Of a DNA stretch of 38,733 nt, positions 34,693 through 38,733 are shown piece after piece (position 1 is the stretch's first letter; each line of letters opens with the position of its first letter). Source of the DNA: a virus (lineage: Duplodnaviria; Caudoviricetes). The stretch spans positions 1 through 38,733 of IMG/VR virus record IMGVR_UViG_3300026543_000020. One strand, 5' to 3'. Under the pieces are notes generated by a model. The model was not told the origin of the DNA and searched no databases. It saw only the letters and a program-made list of their open reading frames with translations. The position numbers were made by a program, and so were the translations under genes.

Positions 34693-36008
34693 TGGCAGGC
34701 CCAGAAATAACTAGCAGCTTCGCAAGAGATGATAACGAAGTTCTAACAACTACAAATAAAAACTATGCGCAAGGTGCTTTAGTCAATCCTTCGTCGGCTC
34801 CTGATGTGATCTTAGCTGATACCACTCCAGGGACTACGGTTTTAATCGATCAGCAGCAAATAACTGTTGAACTCGATCATGGCGCGAATACAACTACCAC
34901 TCCTACTTTCCAGCTTGGCACAACAGCATCAAAGGTAATCACTAGACTAGGCGCCAGTACTTTGCTTGTTGGTGATACATCAGGAACAGGTAATAGCCTT
35001 GAGTTAAAATTTAGCGCTGCACTTAATAAATGGGTTTTATTGAATCCTTTTAATGTAAATAGTGTTCAAATACAAATTGATGCCGATACTGATATAAATG
35101 GCTTTAAATTTCTCGATGTTGATGATGCTGTTTTAAACAATCAATTCGGTACTTTAGGGCAAAATAATCAATCCTATCCTATGGCTATAAATGCCACAGG
35201 GACTACCGACGCTATAATTGTAACATTTTCACCAGCCTTACCTGCTTTAATTGATACTCAGCCAGTTAGGTTTAAACATACAGCAGGCCCGAACACCACC
35301 ACTACTCCTACTGTCGATTTTGGATTCGGCGCTAAAACTATAGTTGCTCGGGGTGGGTTTGCTTTAGCGATAGGTGATTTGGGCGCTATGAGTCAGGTTG
35401 TTGATGGAGTTTATAATGCTGGTAATGATAAAGTAGAGCTTTTAAATCCCGCTATCACAGCTACTATTGATATAGCAGATGACGCTATTATTCTTCAAAA
35501 AATGGCAAACAATTCCGTTGATACAGATGAATTGGTGGCCTTAAGTGTTACGGGGGATAAAATAGCTGATAATACAATAACTGAAGATAAGATTATTGAG
35601 CCGACAGGTGCAAGCACAACCATTATAAAAAGACTATGGGGTGATAGCCCAAATACCAATGTTGTAGTAACTAGTTTCCCGGATATAGATGCAAGCTATT
35701 CAAGTCTAGATAATGACCAGCAAATAGGATTCAATGCACTGCTTGATGGAACGCTTCGTATAGCGTTTGAGCATAGAAACCCAGCCGGAGCTAATGGGGA
35801 TTCTATTGTAAGAGTCATTAAAAATGGAGTCCAAGAAGGTGTTGACTTTACAGAGGCTACCTCTGTATTCGTAGCGGCTACCATCGATGTAACAGTAGTT
35901 TTAGGCGATGCAATTGTTATACAACAAAGAGCAGAATTCGGAACGGGCGGTACTCAATGGAGAAATGTTAACGTAGAATCCGGTATTAAAATATTTGCAG
36001 CAGGTTAA
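34692..36008 (+). CDS. tail fibre / receptor-binding protein
   Basis: duplicated NTTTTPT...LLNP domain; 10-aa K(I/M)A(D/N)N-type shaft repeats; C-terminal beta domain. Confidence 0.78.
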   Translation: MAGPEITSSFARDDNEVLTTTNKNYAQGALVNPSSAPDVILADTTPGTTVLIDQQQITVELDHGANTTTTPTFQLGTTASKVITRLGASTLLVGDTSGTGNSLELKFSAALNKWVLLNPFNVNSVQIQIDADTDINGFKFLDVDDAVLNNQFGTLGQNNQSYPMAINATGTTDAIIVTFSPALPALIDTQPVRFKHTAGPNTTTTPTVDFGFGAKTIVARGGFALAIGDLGAMSQVVDGVYNAGNDKVELLNPAITATIDIADDAIILQKMANNSVDTDELVALSVTGDKIADNTITEDKIIEPTGASTTIIKRLWGDSPNTNVVVTSFPDIDASYSSLDNDQQIGFNALLDGTLRIAFEHRNPAGANGDSIVRVIKNGVQEGVDFTEATSVFVAATIDVTVVLGDAIVIQQRAEFGTGGTQWRNVNVESGIKIFAAG

Positions 36009-36011
36009 ATT

Positions 36012-36665
36012 ATGTCCAATGTAGTTAGCAGAGTTGTTAAACCTACCGTTCCCGCTGGGGGTTGTCCTACAGTGGTATTTACTGACTTTATCTTAAGAGG
36101 AACTCAAACCCTAAGCTATTTAGGCGATACGGTGACCGCTACGGCTTTTGATGCAGTCGCCCCCAGGAATGAGAATAAATCTACTGTAAGCTTTTCAGGT
36201 TCAAGCAGTGTTGTGCATTTTGAACAGTTTTATGATGCATTTACAATAGGCGAGGCGGAGTCATGTGGGATTTTCTTCTATGATGGCGATCCAAATGTAG
36301 GGGGCACTACGGTTATTGCAGTATTACAGTTTAAAGATGATTCAGGCGCTTCAACAGGTGATCTTCTTGATTTAGGTGCAACAGTTGCTAGTAATGTCGC
36401 CATGATACCCACATTCTATAAGATAGCAGTGGATGTTGACCTATCAAACAGCACAATTGCTTACAAAGATAGTGAGGGAAATTCAGGTAGTCTAACGATA
36501 GCGAAGCCTGGTTTTGCTGCTAATCCAATCTTTGTCGGTGGTGTTGCTACGGCGAATGCAACAAATAACGCTACTGCTACATGTACCAATAACTTTGGTA
36601 CTCAAGGCGGTCTGCCGCAAGCACTACCAACTCCTGGGTCAGTAAATATTTGTGATGCTGTCTAA
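36012..36665 (+). CDS. putative virion structural protein
   Basis: beta-rich, G/T/A-rich; end of the late operon. Confidence 0.65.
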   Translation: MSNVVSRVVKPTVPAGGCPTVVFTDFILRGTQTLSYLGDTVTATAFDAVAPRNENKSTVSFSGSSSVVHFEQFYDAFTIGEAESCGIFFYDGDPNVGGTTVIAVLQFKDDSGASTGDLLDLGATVASNVAMIPTFYKIAVDVDLSNSTIAYKDSEGNSGSLTIAKPGFAANPIFVGGVATANATNNATATCTNNFGTQGGLPQALPTPGSVNICDAV

Positions 36666-36668
36666 GTT

Positions 36669-36857
36669 ATGGAAATAACAGATGGTATAATATTTATATC
36701 AGCCCTTTTAGTCATACTTTATAGGGCTACGATCATTGATTGGATCACTAAGAAGTCAATGAAAATCAGCGATTTCGAGAAGTCAGAGAAAATATTAAAG
36801 AAAAATTTGGACGATTCTATCCAAAAAATAGCCAAACACGTTAAGAAATCTAAATAG
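36669..36857 (+). CDS. small membrane protein
   Basis: N-terminal hydrophobic helix and basic tail. Confidence 0.55.
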   Translation: MEITDGIIFISALLVILYRATIIDWITKKSMKISDFEKSEKILKKNLDDSIQKIAKHVKKSK

Positions 36858-37101
36858 CTTCTGAGACCGCCTCAGCGACCTCTGGAGAGGTTAGGATAGT
36901 CTTCACTAATTCGTATAGAGCCGGGTCGATATATCCCTTAGAACTCAAATAAGTAAGCCCTGCGGTAATTACAACCATATAGACGCTAGACATAGCACCT
37001 GTTTTCTTCTTATCGAAAACGACTTCGTTAGTCTCTTTAACTAATTTATGGGTAATTGCTCTTAGTGCTAGTGGTTTAAGTATTGCAAATAATGGGTGCA
37101 T
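36850..37101 (-). CDS. membrane protein, holin candidate
   Basis: AGGAG RBS; one hydrophobic helix; co-oriented with and downstream of the endolysin. Confidence 0.55.
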   Translation of the reverse strand: MHPLFAILKPLALRAITHKLVKETNEVVFDKKKTGAMSSVYMVVITAGLTYLSSKGYIDPALYELVKTILTSPEVAEAVSEAI

Positions 37102-37137
37102 TGCGTGTCTCCTTTTTCTGTATTTGCTTGCATGATA

Positions 37138-37632
37138 TTACCTTCTGCCGTGATTTTTATGGAACCCCAGCCGATGCTGAGCGCTAAACTTAGCACATGC
37201 AGCATCAAATATATTATCATACGCTCCTAAATAGTCATACTTCTTGTCTTTTTGTATATTTACTCGCCATTTACGAAGCCTTTGTACCCAGAATACACCC
37301 GATATACCAGATTTATTCGTCCGGTATAGCTTTTGATTTTGCTGATTTTCGCACCTAGTAACGGATCTTAAATTCTTTAGTATGTTACTTGACCTATTCC
37401 CGTCAATATGATCTATGAACGCAGGAGGCCATTCACCATGTATATAAAACCAAGCTAGCCTGTGAGCCATATAGAGCTTCTTTTTTATGCAAATTTGTAT
37501 GTAACCTGTTGACTCTGTACTGCCTGCTCGGCCTCCAATTCTGGCTCTTGATCCTCTGTTTTTTAGCCAAGTAAAATCACCCGTTTCAGGGTCGTAGTGT
37601 AATAATTCTTTAAGTTCTGTTTGGGTAATCAT
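37138..37632 (-). CDS. HNH homing endonuclease with an AP2-like C-terminus
   Basis: LLHYDPETG.FTW, AHRLAW, IDHIDGNRSSN...NLR, SG..GV.W...KW. Confidence 0.95.
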   Translation of the reverse strand: MITQTELKELLHYDPETGDFTWLKNRGSRARIGGRAGSTESTGYIQICIKKKLYMAHRLAWFYIHGEWPPAFIDHIDGNRSSNILKNLRSVTRCENQQNQKLYRTNKSGISGVFWVQRLRKWRVNIQKDKKYDYLGAYDNIFDAACAKFSAQHRLGFHKNHGRR

Positions 37633-37636
37633 AAAA

Positions 37637-37729
37637 CCTCCGGTAAGGTTCGGTAATTAAGAAGCTGTACCAGAGCAGTTACCGTGACTACCTTTTCGCC
37701 CGCTAAGGCTAGATACAGCAATTATATCA
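37637..37729 (-). promoter_or_regulatory. own promoter and structured leader of the HNH gene
   Basis: TGATATAAT; outer stem GCTGTATC/GGTACAGC; loop-region CGGTAA complementary to two TTACCG repeats next to the GGAGG RBS. Confidence 0.65.
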
Positions 37730-37734
37730 TACAT

Positions 37735-38157
37735 TTAGGGCTTAAAGGAATTGACCCCAAGTGGCCCGTTACGTATGTCGATATGAAGCCAGCTAACCCC
37801 GTCTTCCAAGGTAATAGAATTAACCCCCGCAGCCTTCATCCATTGCCCTGGATATTTCTTAATCTGCTGTCTAACCTCTTCAGCAGATACCTGACTAAAT
37901 ATAATATCTACTGCTCTACCAAAGGTATGCTGTGAGTGTGTCGAGTAGTATGGGCTGTCTGAAGTCCTTAAACCGCTCCAGCATCGGTCTCCCTTATACC
38001 TATAGTTGTTTATCGTAGCACTCCCGAACTCGTCCCTAAGCGCATCACAGAGCTTGAGAATCCTATCGTCCATTAGGAAGAATCCCGACTCACCATATTT
38101 AGCATATGATTTTGGCGGGATGACCTCATGGGCCTTGAAATATTCAGGTTTATACAT
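37735..38157 (-). CDS. peptidase M15-family endolysin
   Basis: SGLR, SQHTFGRAVD and WLHIDIR zinc-binding motifs. Confidence 0.9.
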   Translation of the reverse strand: MYKPEYFKAHEVIPPKSYAKYGESGFFLMDDRILKLCDALRDEFGSATINNYRYKGDRCWSGLRTSDSPYYSTHSQHTFGRAVDIIFSQVSAEEVRQQIKKYPGQWMKAAGVNSITLEDGVSWLHIDIRNGPLGVNSFKP

Positions 38158-38172
38158 CTCTCACCTCTTATT

Positions 38173-38370
38173 CTAGTAACTTGGCTTTCTAAACATGGAA
38201 ATATCTGGAAAACTATCTAAGCTTATCATTGTGCCTGTGTCGGTTTTATTCACCCTATCAGGTGTAACCCTTGTCACTTGGCAATCAATCTCAGCAGCCT
38301 GAAGAAGCTTTAAAATCCTTTTGGCTATATCAGGGTTATCGTCAATAATTAATATTTGGACTTTATCCAT
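38173..38370 (-). CDS. short receiver-domain-like protein
   Basis: ILIIDDNPDI...L..LL start typical of REC domains; only 65 aa. Confidence 0.55.
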   Translation of the reverse strand: MDKVQILIIDDNPDIAKRILKLLQAAEIDCQVTRVTPDRVNKTDTGTMISLDSFPDISMFRKPSY

Positions 38371-38530
38371 TTCTCGCCGCCTCTATTTTTAGTTTCTGCT
38401 CACGCTCAAATACTTCAGCCTGCTTAACAACTGCATTCCCACAACGGGTACACATTTGGAATATACACTCGCCTTTGTCGTTTAGCTGCTTTTTCACACT
38501 AGCTTTTAACGTGTCGCATAAATCACACAT
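38363..38530 (-). CDS. small zinc-binding hypothetical protein (55 aa)
   Basis: MCDLC...CTRC; overlaps both neighbours. Confidence 0.6.
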   Translation of the reverse strand: MCDLCDTLKASVKKQLNDKGECIFQMCTRCGNAVVKQAEVFEREQKLKIEAARNG

Positions 38531-38705
38531 GTACATAATTTACCTGCCTTAATATATCTTTAAGCCTAGACTTTTTCTGACACAGCTTACACTTATACTG
38601 TAATCCAGACTTCTTATGCCTATCCTTATTAAACTCATTTCTAGGTTTATCCTGCTCACATCCATAACAAAAGATTTCTTTGTCTAGTGGTAGCGTGTAT
38701 TGCAT
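38523..38705 (-). CDS. small zinc-finger protein
   Basis: CYGC...K...EF.KD....GL...CKLC; ATG lies just after the stop of the 63-494 gene across the circular junction. Confidence 0.65.
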   Translation of the reverse strand: MQYTLPLDKEIFCYGCEQDKPRNEFNKDRHKKSGLQYKCKLCQKKSRLKDILRQVNYVHV

Positions 38706-38733
38706 GTTAGTCCCATGTTTCATGTACTTGGGC
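38687..38733. repeat. terminal overlap copy (same as 43-89)
   Basis: exact 47-nt match. Confidence 0.95.

Noticed and set aside
20577-35884. Antisense and alternative-frame ORFs inside late genes (e.g. 21038-21394, 23300-23599, 32062-32478)
   Set aside because: Shadow ORFs of well-supported genes, without recognisable motifs
34692-36665. Diversity-generating retroelement or invertible fibre cassette
   Set aside because: No reverse transcriptase, invertase or TR/VR pair seen
43-38686. Stop-codon reassignment
   Set aside because: Core genes are full length in the standard code and all three stop codons are used as terminators

Overview
Apparently complete (about 38,644 bp, circularly overlapping) genome of a P22-like podovirus, probably infecting an aquatic gammaproteobacterium (host is inferred from gene content). 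Bases 1-42 are a Nextera/Illumina adapter, and 43-89 repeat the last 47 nt. The + strand late operon (19788-36857) encodes TerS, TerL, portal, scaffold, P22-type coat, gp4/gp10/gp14-like proteins, three DNA-ejection proteins and fibres. Accessory regions carry ERF, an SSB-like protein, NinG, Lar, YopX, ASCH-like, DUF551, a T5 A1-like metallophosphoesterase, and SutA-like, MqsA-like and CcdA-like orphans. A - strand block holds an M15 endolysin and an HNH-AP2 endonuclease. I recognised no integrase, helicase or polymerase. Three observations stand out. (1) A family of stem-bracketed non-coding RNA cassettes shares the closing helix GTGGTGTTAG...CTAGCA(T/C) at three loci; one is a tRNA-like RNA with a 34-nt D-loop insertion and no anticodon loop, inside an 800-bp structured ORF-free region. 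(2) A 2.64-kb IS1595-family transposon carries HicB/HicA-like, XRE and lipoprotein passengers between divergent phage promoters. (3) Tyr, Trp, Cys, His and Met are almost absent from the ejection proteins, with apparent Tyr-to-Phe substitutions in other virion-module proteins. All family assignments come from motif recognition by eye; no searches were run.
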